From an uncultured Oscillospiraceae bacterium (GTDB lineage Bacteria > Bacillota > Clostridia > Oscillospirales > Oscillospiraceae): a stretch of 64,000 nt of DNA. The DNA is taken from NCBI GenBank assembly GCA_947630785.1, contig CANRIW010000007.1, positions 18-64,017 on the forward strand, given 5' to 3'. This document shows positions 26,857-35,419 of this stretch, piece after piece (positions within the stretch are counted from its first letter, which is position 1; each line of letters opens with the position of its first letter). The notes below the pieces were generated by a model. That model searched no databases. It was not told the origin of the DNA and saw nothing but the letters and a program-made list of their open reading frames with translations. The position numbers and the translations under genes were made by a program.

Positions 26857-28105
26857 GCGCTGGATCGAGTGGGGCAAGGATCTGCTTATCGCCCTGCTGG
26901 CCCTTTCCGCCGCCCTGCTGCTGTCCGTGCTGCTGTTCGGGAGCGGCAGCCTGTCCGGCCTGGTGCCCAGGCAGGAGCCGGCGGCCAGCACTGGCGGGGA
27001 GGACGCCCCCATTGCGGCCACCATGCCCGCGGCGCTGGTGGTCACCAATGGAGAGGGCCGCTATGGCGTGCAGTACGATCAGACCCGGACCGATGAGCTT
27101 TTTGCCCGGATGGGGCCGCTGCTGGGAGACGCGCTGGCCTCCGCGGGCCCCTCTCAGGATATCTCACGGACAGAGTGGCAGAGGTCGCTGTCCGCGCCGG
27201 GGCTGTATTTCGACTTTGGCGGAGCCGTCCCACTGTCCGCCCTGGGCGCCTGGCTCAGCGAGGCGGGGGAGTGCGCGTTGGCCGGCTCCGCCCGGCGTGT
27301 CCTGCTGTGCGCCGGGGAGGAGGACCAGGTGTTGCTGTGCTGGCAGGACGCGGATACGGGGCTTCTTTACCGCTGCGGCACCGCCCTGAGCCGTTCCCTC
27401 CACCTGGAACCCATCATCGGAGACTGCCAGGACAATGGCGCCTATTTTGCCTATGAGGACGAGACGCTGGCTGCCTATCTTCAGCCCTATACCCTTATTA
27501 CCGAGGAGGAGCGCACTCCGCCGGAGTACAGCGCGGCCAATCCCCTCACCCAGGCCAATGTGCCCGCCCTGCTGTCCGCCCTGTCCTTCAGCGGTCAGAA
27601 CCACACCCAGGTCAGCGGCGGCGAGGCATATCTGGACGGCGGCGACCGGCTGGAGGTGGAGAGCAGCGGCGCCGTGACCTACCGGGCGTCCCAGGGGGGC
27701 AAATATCCCGCCGGACCGGGAGCGGCGGGGGCCATCGAGGCCGCCCGGGCTCTGGCGGAGAAGGCGGTGGGCCCCTTCTGCGGGGAGGCGACCCTGTATC
27801 TGATCTCCGCCCGGCAGGAGGAGGACGGCTTCGAGGTCTCCTTCGGCTACCGGCTGAACGGCAGCGCCGTCCAGCTCTATCAGGAGGGCTGGTGCGCCAG
27901 CTTCCTGATCCGGGAGGGCTGCATCACCGACTTTACCCTGCGCCTGCGCAGTTATACCGCCAACGGAGAGACCGCCATGCTGCTGCCCATTGACCGGGCG
28001 GCCGCCCTGCTGCCCGAGTTAACAGAGGAGCGGATGGAGCTGCTCATCCTGCACCTGGACGGCGGCGGGGACGCCGCTATGCCCCGGTGGGTGGCGGAAA
28101 CGTGA
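26843..28105 (+). CDS. YycH-like membrane-anchored regulator of the two-component system (tentative)
   Basis: 420 aa with a single N-terminal TM helix. Its size and position directly after the kinase (14-nt overlap) match yycH synteny. Sequence identity was not verifiable. Confidence 0.45.
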   Translation: MRNAERWIEWGKDLLIALLALSAALLLSVLLFGSGSLSGLVPRQEPAASTGGEDAPIAATMPAALVVTNGEGRYGVQYDQTRTDELFARMGPLLGDALASAGPSQDISRTEWQRSLSAPGLYFDFGGAVPLSALGAWLSEAGECALAGSARRVLLCAGEEDQVLLCWQDADTGLLYRCGTALSRSLHLEPIIGDCQDNGAYFAYEDETLAAYLQPYTLITEEERTPPEYSAANPLTQANVPALLSALSFSGQNHTQVSGGEAYLDGGDRLEVESSGAVTYRASQGGKYPAGPGAAGAIEAARALAEKAVGPFCGEATLYLISARQEEDGFEVSFGYRLNGSAVQLYQEGWCASFLIREGCITDFTLRLRSYTANGETAMLLPIDRAAALLPELTEERMELLILHLDGGGDAAMPRWVAET

Positions 28106-28129
28106 TATCGGGAGAGGAGGCCGGCCATC

Positions 28130-28963
28130 GTGGAGTGGCGAAAAGTGAAAACCATCATCATCCTGCTGCTCCTGCTGGTGAACGGCTTCCTGCTGGCCCT
28201 GGTGTGGGTCCGGAAGAGCGAGGCCGACTCCTATGACCGGACCGCCGTCACCCAGGCGGTGGAGGCGCTGGGTGCGCAGGGCATCCGGGCGGAGCACTCC
28301 GCTCTGTCCGGCGCGGAGGGCCTGAGCCCCGTCAGTGTGGAGCGGGACGCGGCGAAGGAGGCGGCTCTGGCCGCCGCCCTATTGGGGGAGACCGTCTCCG
28401 GGGACAACCGGGGAGGCGGGCTGTACCTCTATCGGACGGACGCGGGAGAGGTGTCCATCCGGCTGGGCGGGGAGCTTTCCGCAAAGCTGGATGACGACCC
28501 CCGCTGGCAGACCGACGACCCCGCCGGCCATGCCGGCCGCCTTTTGCGGGAGATGGGGGTGGAGGGAGAGCGGAGGTCGGTCACCCAGACAGAGGATGGA
28601 GACACCGCCGTCACCTTTGTCCAGACCTGGGAGGGAAGGCCCCTGTTTACCTGTACCGTGACCTTCGTCTATGAGGCGGGACGGCTCCGGACAGTGGAGG
28701 GGGCCCTGCTGGTCTCGGCCTCCTTCGCTGAAGAAAGCGGAACGGTCCTCACCCTGCCCACCGCCCTCATGCGGTTCCTGGACGGGGTCCAGGAGCGGGG
28801 GGACGTGTGCTCTGCCCTCGATTCCATGGAGGCGGGATACCGCGCCGGGCAGTCTGCCTCCGGCGCCATCCGGCTGATCCCCTGCTGGCACATCGCCACC
28901 AATACCGCCGAATACTACCTGGACGCGTCCACCGGCGTCCTGGAGCGCATCGCGGAAGGATAA
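28130..28963 (+). CDS. YycI-like membrane-anchored protein (tentative)
   Basis: 277 aa. The N-terminus MEWRKVKTIIILLLLLVNGFLL resembles the characteristic YycI start (MDW.K.K.IFI..F..LN.FL, as I recall it). Position follows the yycH-like gene. Confidence 0.5.
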   Translation: MEWRKVKTIIILLLLLVNGFLLALVWVRKSEADSYDRTAVTQAVEALGAQGIRAEHSALSGAEGLSPVSVERDAAKEAALAAALLGETVSGDNRGGGLYLYRTDAGEVSIRLGGELSAKLDDDPRWQTDDPAGHAGRLLREMGVEGERRSVTQTEDGDTAVTFVQTWEGRPLFTCTVTFVYEAGRLRTVEGALLVSASFAEESGTVLTLPTALMRFLDGVQERGDVCSALDSMEAGYRAGQSASGAIRLIPCWHIATNTAEYYLDASTGVLERIAEG

Positions 28964-28997
28964 CAGACAACCCCTCTTTCATAGGATAGCTTATCCG

Positions 28998-30557
28998 TTG
29001 AAAGGGGGGCTTGCTTTGCCGTCAATCCTCGCGGGGACGCTGCTGCTCACCGCCACGGGGCTGTTCTCCCAGGTGGTGGGGTTCCTCTACCGCATGGCCC
29101 TGTCCCGGCTCATCGGGGCGGAGACCATGGGGCTGTATCAGCTGGTGATGCCCGTCTACTCCGTGTTCATGTCGGTGACCGCCGTGGGGCTGACGGTGGC
29201 GGTGTCCACCCAGTCCGCCCGGTACCACGCCCTGGGGGACAGCGGCGCGGTAAAGACGGTCCTGAAACGGGCCCTGGGATGCTTTTTCCTGCTGGCCCTG
29301 CCCTTGGGAGGGTTGGTGCTACTGCTGTCCGACCCCGTCTCCGTGTATATTCTGGGGGACGCCCGCACCCGCCTCGGGGTGGCCCTGCTGGTGCCCTGCA
29401 TGCTCCTCACCGGGGTGGAGAATCTCCACAAGCACTGTTTCTACGGCATCGGCCTGGTGCGGCCTCCCGCCGCCGTGGAGACCGCCGAGCAGCTCATCCG
29501 GGCGGGGGCGGTGCTGCTGCTTTTGCTGCTGGTCTTTCCCCGGACGGCGGAGCAGACGGTGGGGCTTATCGTTCTGGGGATGGTGCTGTGCGAGGTGTTC
29601 TCCGCCCTGGCGCTGACGCTTCTGATGCGCCGTCAATGGCGGCGTGACCCGCCGGGGAAGACGGAAGCCGCCTTCTCCCGCCGCCAGCTGTTCGCCATCG
29701 CCCTGCCGGTGGGGGCCACCTCCCTGCTGGGGACGCTGCTGGGCTCCGCCAACGCGGTGCTGATCCCCGCGAAACTGGTGGAGGGCGGCATGGCCCTCAA
29801 CCGGGCCATGGCGGAGTTCGGGGTGCTGTCCGGCATGACGCTGCCCCTGCTGAACCTGCCCACCGGGTTCGTCGGGGCATTGTGCCTGGTGATGGTGCCC
29901 GATCTGGCCCGCCGCACCGCCCGGGGGGACCGCCGGGCCGCAGGGAGCTTCCTGGACCGGGTGATGTCGGCCACCTCCCTGCTGACCGCCCCCTGCATGG
30001 CCCTGCTGGCCGTCATCGGCCCCGCCCTGGGGAGGACCATGTTCGGAGATGCCCGGGTGGGGGAGTTCATCCTCCCTCTGGCCGCCGGGACGCTGCTGAA
30101 CTGCTACCAGTCCGTCCTGTCCGGGGCGCTGAACGGCCTGTGCCTCCAGGGGAGGGCCGCCCGCAACGCCATCCTCAGCGACGCGGTGCAGCTGGGATTC
30201 ACCTGGTTCACCGTGGCCAGATGGGGCCTGGCCGGGTTCGCCGCCGGGTTCCTCCTGTCCGGCCTGGTGGGAATGGGGCTGAATCTGATCTCCGTCCTCC
30301 GGGCGGCGGAACTGCGGCCAAAGGTGTTCCGCTGGTTTGTCCGGCCCCTGCTGGCGGCGGGGTTCATGGGGGTCTGGTGCCGGCTGTTCTTCGACATCCT
30401 GCTGGGTTCCGGCCTGGGGGAACTGACCGCCGCCACCTTCTGCGCCGTGCTGGGCGCGATCCTGTACTTCGCCGCCCTGCTGGCCCAGGGGCTGTCGGTG
30501 ACCGACCTGGCGGCCAAACTGAGACAGACATTGAAACAGGGGAGGGTGTCCGCGTGA
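28998..30557 (+). CDS. MOP-superfamily flippase (polysaccharide biosynthesis protein; SpoVB/MurJ-like)
   Basis: 519 aa polytopic membrane protein with about 14 predicted helices. TTG start, so the exact start is uncertain. Confidence 0.7.
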   Translation: MKGGLALPSILAGTLLLTATGLFSQVVGFLYRMALSRLIGAETMGLYQLVMPVYSVFMSVTAVGLTVAVSTQSARYHALGDSGAVKTVLKRALGCFFLLALPLGGLVLLLSDPVSVYILGDARTRLGVALLVPCMLLTGVENLHKHCFYGIGLVRPPAAVETAEQLIRAGAVLLLLLLVFPRTAEQTVGLIVLGMVLCEVFSALALTLLMRRQWRRDPPGKTEAAFSRRQLFAIALPVGATSLLGTLLGSANAVLIPAKLVEGGMALNRAMAEFGVLSGMTLPLLNLPTGFVGALCLVMVPDLARRTARGDRRAAGSFLDRVMSATSLLTAPCMALLAVIGPALGRTMFGDARVGEFILPLAAGTLLNCYQSVLSGALNGLCLQGRAARNAILSDAVQLGFTWFTVARWGLAGFAAGFLLSGLVGMGLNLISVLRAAELRPKVFRWFVRPLLAAGFMGVWCRLFFDILLGSGLGELTAATFCAVLGAILYFAALLAQGLSVTDLAAKLRQTLKQGRVSA

Positions 30558-31207
30558 TACCAAGAATTCTGATCTCCACCGGCGGGGGCAACCCCGCCAA
30601 CTATGTGAACGCCGTCCGGGCGGCGGGGGGCAAGCCGTTCGCCGCCTATCTGCCGGAGCCGGACCTGTCCTATGACGGCCTGCTGCTGGCCGGCGGCGGA
30701 GACGTGGAGCCCGCCCGGTTCGGCCAGGAGGACCGGGGCTCCCACGGCATCGACCCGGCCCGGGACCGGGCGGAGCTGGCCCTGCTGGACGCCTTCGCCC
30801 ACGCGGGGAAGCCCGTCCTCGCCATCTGCCGGGGGCACCAGGTGGTGAACGTGTGGGCCGGGGGCAATCTCATCCAGGACCTGGGCCGTCTGGTCCCGGA
30901 CCATCAGCGGGAGGGGGACACCGTCCACCCCGTCCGGGCGGAGGAGGGCACCCTGCTCCGCCGGCTGTACGGCCCTCTGTTCCCGGTGAACAGCAATCAC
31001 CACCAAGGCGTGGGGCGGCTGGGCCGGAGGCTGTGCGCCTCGGCCCGCTCGGGGGACGGGGTGGTCGAGGCGCTGGAGCACGAGTCCCTGCCGCTGATCT
31101 CCGTCCAGTTCCACCCGGAGCGGATGACCGGGGCACTGGCCCGGACGGACACAGTGGACGGCGGGGCGATCTTCCGGGAATTCCTCCGCCTGTGCGGAAA
31201 AGAATGA
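30554..31207 (+). CDS. Class I glutamine amidotransferase-like / peptidase C26 (gamma-glutamyl hydrolase family)
   Basis: GTG start overlapping the flippase stop (GTGA). LAICRGHQ nucleophile motif and VQFHPE His motif. GGGGAGGGTG RBS. Confidence 0.8.
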   Translation: MIPRILISTGGGNPANYVNAVRAAGGKPFAAYLPEPDLSYDGLLLAGGGDVEPARFGQEDRGSHGIDPARDRAELALLDAFAHAGKPVLAICRGHQVVNVWAGGNLIQDLGRLVPDHQREGDTVHPVRAEEGTLLRRLYGPLFPVNSNHHQGVGRLGRRLCASARSGDGVVEALEHESLPLISVQFHPERMTGALARTDTVDGGAIFREFLRLCGKE

Positions 31208-31241
31208 AAGCGCGCCGGTTTTGAAACCGGCGCGCTTTTGC
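31207..31241. terminator. Bidirectional hairpin terminator
   Basis: AAAGCGCGCCGGTT TTGA AACCGGCGCGCTTTT: 12-bp stem flanked by A- and T-runs, between convergent genes. Confidence 0.8.
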
Positions 31242-31248
31242 GCGTCTG

Positions 31249-32013
31249 TCACTTTTTGTTGCGGACGTATATCTGGGTGCCCTGATAGTTGGCGTTGCGC
31301 CGTTCGTCGGTCTCAAAGCCGTCCAGGGAGGAGATGAACTTGGACAGCTTGGAGAAGCCGTAGTTCCGGGGATCGAAGTCGGGCTGCTTCTTCATCAGCA
31401 GATTGCCCAGGTCCCCCAGGTAGGCGTAGCCGTCCTCGTCGGCCAGGTCCTCCACCGACTGGGCGATCAGCTCCTTGATGCCCAGGCTCTGAGGCTCCGG
31501 CTCGGGGGCGGGGGAGAACGCCCCGGCGGCCTTCTTTTTGGACTTGGGGGCGGCCTCCTTGACGGCGGCGGCCTCGGCGGCCTTCAGCGACTCGATGTAG
31601 ACGAACTTGTCGCAGGCTACGATGAAGGGCTTGGGGGTCTTTTTCTCCCCCATGCCGTAGACCTTCATGCCCGCCTCCCGCAGCCGGGTGGCCAGGCGGG
31701 TGAAGTCGGAGTCGCTGGACACCAGCACGAATCCGTCGCAGTTGCCGGAATAGAGGATGTCCATGGCGTCGATGATCATGGCGGAGTCGGTGGCGTTCTT
31801 GCCGGTGGTGTAGCCGTACTGCTGGAAGGGGGTGATGGCGTGCTCCAGCAGCAGGGGCTTCCAGGAGTTCATATTGGGGGCGGTCCAGTCCCCGTAGATG
31901 CGCTTGACGGTGGCGGCACCGTACACGGCCACCTCCGCCATGATCTCCCGCAGGGCGGAGCGGGGGGCGTTGTCCGCGTCGATGAGGACGGCCAGCCGGA
32001 GTTCCTGATCCAT
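31249..32013 (-). CDS. NYN-domain (LabA-like) protein with C-terminal OST-HTH/LOTUS domain
   Basis: 254 aa. N-terminal LIDADN...VSSDSDF PIN-like acidic motifs. C-terminal GYAYLGDLGNLL...FDPRNYGFSKLSKF is typical of OST-HTH. Confidence 0.8.
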   Translation of the reverse strand: MDQELRLAVLIDADNAPRSALREIMAEVAVYGAATVKRIYGDWTAPNMNSWKPLLLEHAITPFQQYGYTTGKNATDSAMIIDAMDILYSGNCDGFVLVSSDSDFTRLATRLREAGMKVYGMGEKKTPKPFIVACDKFVYIESLKAAEAAAVKEAAPKSKKKAAGAFSPAPEPEPQSLGIKELIAQSVEDLADEDGYAYLGDLGNLLMKKQPDFDPRNYGFSKLSKFISSLDGFETDERRNANYQGTQIYVRNKK

Positions 32014-32146
32014 ACGCGCTCTCCTTTCGGTTGAATGATCGTTGAAAACAGTATATCATAGAGGCACAGGATTTTCCACAAAAATTTTCTCCCCTTGCAG
32101 CAATGGGGCCCGGTTTTGCGTTTTATCAGTGAAAGGGGGCAAGGGA

Positions 32147-32614
32147 ATGGACCCGTCCAACCGGTTGGAGGAATTGGTAAGCAAATACGAGAACACGCTG
32201 TACCGGGCCGCCCTGGCCATCCTGGGGACGGCGGCGGAGGCGGAGGACGCGGTGCAGGACACCTTCCTGCGCTATCTGCAGACGCGCCCGAAATTCAAGG
32301 ACGAGGACCACGAAAAGGCGTGGCTGCTGCGGGTGACGGCAAACATCTGCAAGGACGTGCTCCGGGACCGGCAGCGCCACCCCACCGTGGAACTGCTGGA
32401 CGTATACCCCGCCCCCAACACCGAGACCGCCGATCTGGTGGAGGCCATCCTGGAACTGCCCCCGGACCAGCGGGCGGCGGTCCACCTCTTTTACTACGAG
32501 GGGTACTCCACCGAGGAGATCGGCAAAATATTGGGCCGGCGGCCGGGGACGGTGCGGTCCGACCTGAGCCGGGCCCGGGAGGCCCTGCGGCAAAAGCTGA
32601 AAGGAGAATTCTGA
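32147..32614 (+). CDS. ECF-type RNA polymerase sigma factor (sigma-70 regions 2 and 4)
   Basis: Start at MDPSNRLEEL (AAGGGGGCAAGGGA RBS region). DAVQDTFL region 2 and EGYSTEEIGKILGRRPGTVRSDLSRAR region 4 HTH. Confidence 0.85.
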   Translation: MDPSNRLEELVSKYENTLYRAALAILGTAAEAEDAVQDTFLRYLQTRPKFKDEDHEKAWLLRVTANICKDVLRDRQRHPTVELLDVYPAPNTETADLVEAILELPPDQRAAVHLFYYEGYSTEEIGKILGRRPGTVRSDLSRAREALRQKLKGEF

Positions 32615-33619
32615 ATGAAGCGATATAAACGCTATATGGACGATATCGAAGTATCCGACACCCTCCATGAGAAGCTGACCAGCTTAAAGACGCCGGAAAA
32701 GCGGCCCAATCCCTGGCTCAAATGGGGCTCTCTGGCGGCGGCGGTGGCGCTGGTCATCGGCGTGGGGGCCTGGGCGGCGGGCCGGTTCGCCGGTCTGCCC
32801 GCCGCGAACCTGTCCGCCGTGGACCCGCTGGGGCCGGGGGAGACTGCCGTCCCCGGCAGCATCCCCGATCCCGCCCGCGACCCCGAAAGCGGCGTTCTGA
32901 CCACCGGCGTCCCTGAGCCCGCACCGGAAGTGCCCGCGCCCGACCCGGACGACCCGGAGCACGTGGGCAAAGAGCCCGGCGTGGACCCGGGCTACTGGCT
33001 GGCGGAGGGGGAGACCCAGGCTTACTACTTCCTGCCCGCCCTGAACTGGCTGGACGCCTCCGGGCTGGCCCGGCAGGACTACGCGCTGGCCTTGCCCGGC
33101 TCGCTGTACCGGGACGCCTCCTACGCCGATGTGACCGCCCTGTGCGGCGGGGAGGAGGCCATGGCGATCCATCTGCTGTGGGACGGCCTGGACTGGGGCG
33201 GCGTGCTCTGGTTTTCGGAGGACGGCACACCCCAGGCGGCGTCTGTGTACGCCGACGGAGAAAACCTTCACCTGTCTCTGGAGATCATGAAGGGCGGCAA
33301 GGTGCCCTCCTGCGTCGTCTTTCCCGAGGACGACTATCAGCGCACGGAGTATCTGGGGGTGAAGATCACCGCCCTGAAGAACACGGGCTATTGCGTCCTG
33401 GACGACGGCACCGAATTGCGGGAGAGCCGGGAGGTGTCCTTTGTGGTGAACGGCGTGGGGTATAAGCTGAGCCTCGATACTGACGACGCGAAGCGGGCCG
33501 GTGAGCTGTGCGCCCGGTTCGTCCGGTATGCCATCGACGGAGGGTTTTGCCTGGATATCGATTTCTCCGGGCAGCCTATGATCCCCGACAAGGTAACGCC
33601 CCCGCGGGTGGAGCCGTAA
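32615..33619 (+). CDS. Putative membrane-anchored anti-sigma factor (single TM, Pro-rich linker, extracytoplasmic domain)
   Basis: The ATG abuts the sigma gene stop (TGAATG). A short cytoplasmic N-terminus, a TM helix (WGSLAAAVALVIGVGAWAA), then a Pro/Glu-rich stretch. The function is inferred from position only. Confidence 0.45.
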   Translation: MKRYKRYMDDIEVSDTLHEKLTSLKTPEKRPNPWLKWGSLAAAVALVIGVGAWAAGRFAGLPAANLSAVDPLGPGETAVPGSIPDPARDPESGVLTTGVPEPAPEVPAPDPDDPEHVGKEPGVDPGYWLAEGETQAYYFLPALNWLDASGLARQDYALALPGSLYRDASYADVTALCGGEEAMAIHLLWDGLDWGGVLWFSEDGTPQAASVYADGENLHLSLEIMKGGKVPSCVVFPEDDYQRTEYLGVKITALKNTGYCVLDDGTELRESREVSFVVNGVGYKLSLDTDDAKRAGELCARFVRYAIDGGFCLDIDFSGQPMIPDKVTPPRVEP

Positions 33620-33640
33620 AAACTGCCCCTTTTATGGGAC

Positions 33641-33669
33641 TTGCGCTTTTCCGCAAGACCTGCTATAAT
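33641..33669 (+). promoter_or_regulatory. Putative sigma-70 promoter of the WYL regulator gene, with an embedded inverted repeat
   Basis: TTGCGC, 17-nt spacer, TATAAT. CTTGCG-CTTTTC-CGCAAG inverted repeat covers the -35 and spacer. Confidence 0.45.
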
Positions 33670-33727
33670 ATCCCCAAATATAGGACTCCTGGTTTGATAC
33701 CATACGTCCGAAAGGAGGGGATACGCC

Positions 33728-34711
33728 ATGGCGAAGAACGCCAACTACAAGCGCAAGCTGCCCATCCTGGCCAAACTGCTGCTGGAGCGCAGCGACGAGG
33801 ACTACCCCGTCTCCCGCCAGGAGATGCAGGAGGAGCTGGAGCGCCACGGCCTGTCCGCCGAACGGAAGAGCATCTACGACGATATGGAGCAGCTCCGGGA
33901 ATTGGGCCTGGACGTCCAGTCCCGCCGGGGCAAGGGGGGCGGCTGGTTCATCGGGGAGCGGGACTTTGAGCTTGCCGAGCTGAAGCTGCTGGTGGACGCG
34001 GTCCAGTCCAGCCGCTTTCTCACCAACCGCAAGAGCGAGGCCCTGATCCGCAAGCTGGAGGGGTTGGCCTCCGTCCATCAGGCCCGGCAGCTTCAGCGGC
34101 AGGTCTATGTGGACCGCCGCATCAAGACCATGAACGAGAGCATTTTCTACAACGTGGACAAGCTCCACGCGGCCATCGCCGCGAACCGGGTGGTGACCTT
34201 CCGCTACTTCGAGTACGACCGGGCCAAGGAGAAGGTCTACCGCCGGGAGGGGGCCCGGTACAAACTCACCCCCTACGGCCTCATCTGGGACAGCGAGAAC
34301 TACTACCTGGCCGGCTGGGACGAGACCAGGAACGAGCTGCGCCACTACCGGGTGGACAAGATGAGCGACATCGCCGTCACCGGCATGGCCGGGCGGTCCA
34401 GAGAGGGCTGGGACCCGGAGGGTTACGCCTCCCGCCACTTCGGCATGTACGCCGGGACTCCCTGCCGCCTGCGGCTCCGGTGCCAGAACCGGTACGCCGG
34501 CATCGTGCTGGACCGGTTCGGCCGGGAGGTCATGCTGGTGCCCGACGGGGACGACCACTTCACCGTTACCCTGGACGTGGTGGTGAGCCCCATCCTGTGG
34601 GGCTGGATCTTCGGATTGGAGGACGGGGTGGAGGTGCTGTCCCCGGACTGGGCGGCGGAGGACTTCAAAAACCGGCTTCAAAAGGCGCTGGCGCTGTACC
34701 AAAAGGATTAA
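33728..34711 (+). CDS. WYL-domain transcriptional regulator (HTH - WYL - C-terminal extension)
   Basis: 327 aa. N-terminal wHTH (ILAKLLLERSDEDYPVSRQEM). Central WYL-like core (YRV...ENYYLAGWDE...RHYRVDKM). GGAGGGG RBS. Confidence 0.85.
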   Translation: MAKNANYKRKLPILAKLLLERSDEDYPVSRQEMQEELERHGLSAERKSIYDDMEQLRELGLDVQSRRGKGGGWFIGERDFELAELKLLVDAVQSSRFLTNRKSEALIRKLEGLASVHQARQLQRQVYVDRRIKTMNESIFYNVDKLHAAIAANRVVTFRYFEYDRAKEKVYRREGARYKLTPYGLIWDSENYYLAGWDETRNELRHYRVDKMSDIAVTGMAGRSREGWDPEGYASRHFGMYAGTPCRLRLRCQNRYAGIVLDRFGREVMLVPDGDDHFTVTLDVVVSPILWGWIFGLEDGVEVLSPDWAAEDFKNRLQKALALYQKD

Positions 34712-34761
34712 ACTATTCCAAAAGAGGGCACACTTCCCGCAAAATGAGGAGGTGTGCCCTT

Positions 34762-35403
34762 ATGCTGTGTCAGGGGAGAGAACTGTTTGAATTGGGGGCC
34801 AGGCTGGCCCGATCGGGGACGGTGGCCATCGGCTCCGCCGGGGGAGAGCGGGCCAAACTGCTGGCCCGTGCCGCCGGGTGCGGGGCAGCTCTCGCCGGCG
34901 GAGAGGTCCGGTTCCACGACGGGACCTGCGCCGCCTGCGGGGTCTGGCTGGTGGGGTATTACGGCTTCGCCGCCGCCCTGTTCGTCCGGCAGGAGGGGGA
35001 GGAGGTCCGCGTCCACCTCCACGACAGGGCGGGGCGGGCGCTGGACGCCGCCTCACTCCCTGCGGCAGGAGAGGCCGGGGCCGCGGGCTCCTGGGACCTG
35101 CTGGCCGGGGCGGACTGCGCCTGGGCGGCCAACCGGGCGGGGGATCGGCTGACCCGGGGCGGGGTGGCCTTCGTCCGGGGACCGGCGGCCCTCACCATGG
35201 CGCTGGAGCGCATGGGCTGGACGGTGACAAAGCGGCCCCTCCCTGGCGGGACGGTATTCACGTCGGACGGGGAGGGCTTCACCCTCACGGTGGAGCGGAA
35301 CGGCTCACGCCGTATCCTTCCCGGCGCGGACGCCCTGGACGCCGCCGCGGGCTATGGGGAGGAACCCCGGGCAATTCCGGCATTTGGGCCACAGAGAAAA
35401 TAA
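34762..35403 (+). CDS. Hypothetical protein (no recognisable motif)
   Basis: 213-aa ORF with a GAGGAGGTG RBS 6 nt upstream of the ATG and GC3-rich codons. 50 nt downstream of the WYL gene. Ala/Gly-rich, so coding status is not certain. Confidence 0.45.
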   Translation: MLCQGRELFELGARLARSGTVAIGSAGGERAKLLARAAGCGAALAGGEVRFHDGTCAACGVWLVGYYGFAAALFVRQEGEEVRVHLHDRAGRALDAASLPAAGEAGAAGSWDLLAGADCAWAANRAGDRLTRGGVAFVRGPAALTMALERMGWTVTKRPLPGGTVFTSDGEGFTLTVERNGSRRILPGADALDAAAGYGEEPRAIPAFGPQRK

Positions 35404-35419
35404 GGAGAAAATCCCCCGT

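Noticed and set aside
33728-35403. WYL regulator plus unknown gene as a phage-defence island
   Set aside because: No nuclease, helicase, methyltransferase, ATPase, TIR/SIR2 or cyclase effector is adjacent, and the flanks are an ECF sigma pair and pyrE. I kept it only as a regulator-plus-unknown-partner observation.
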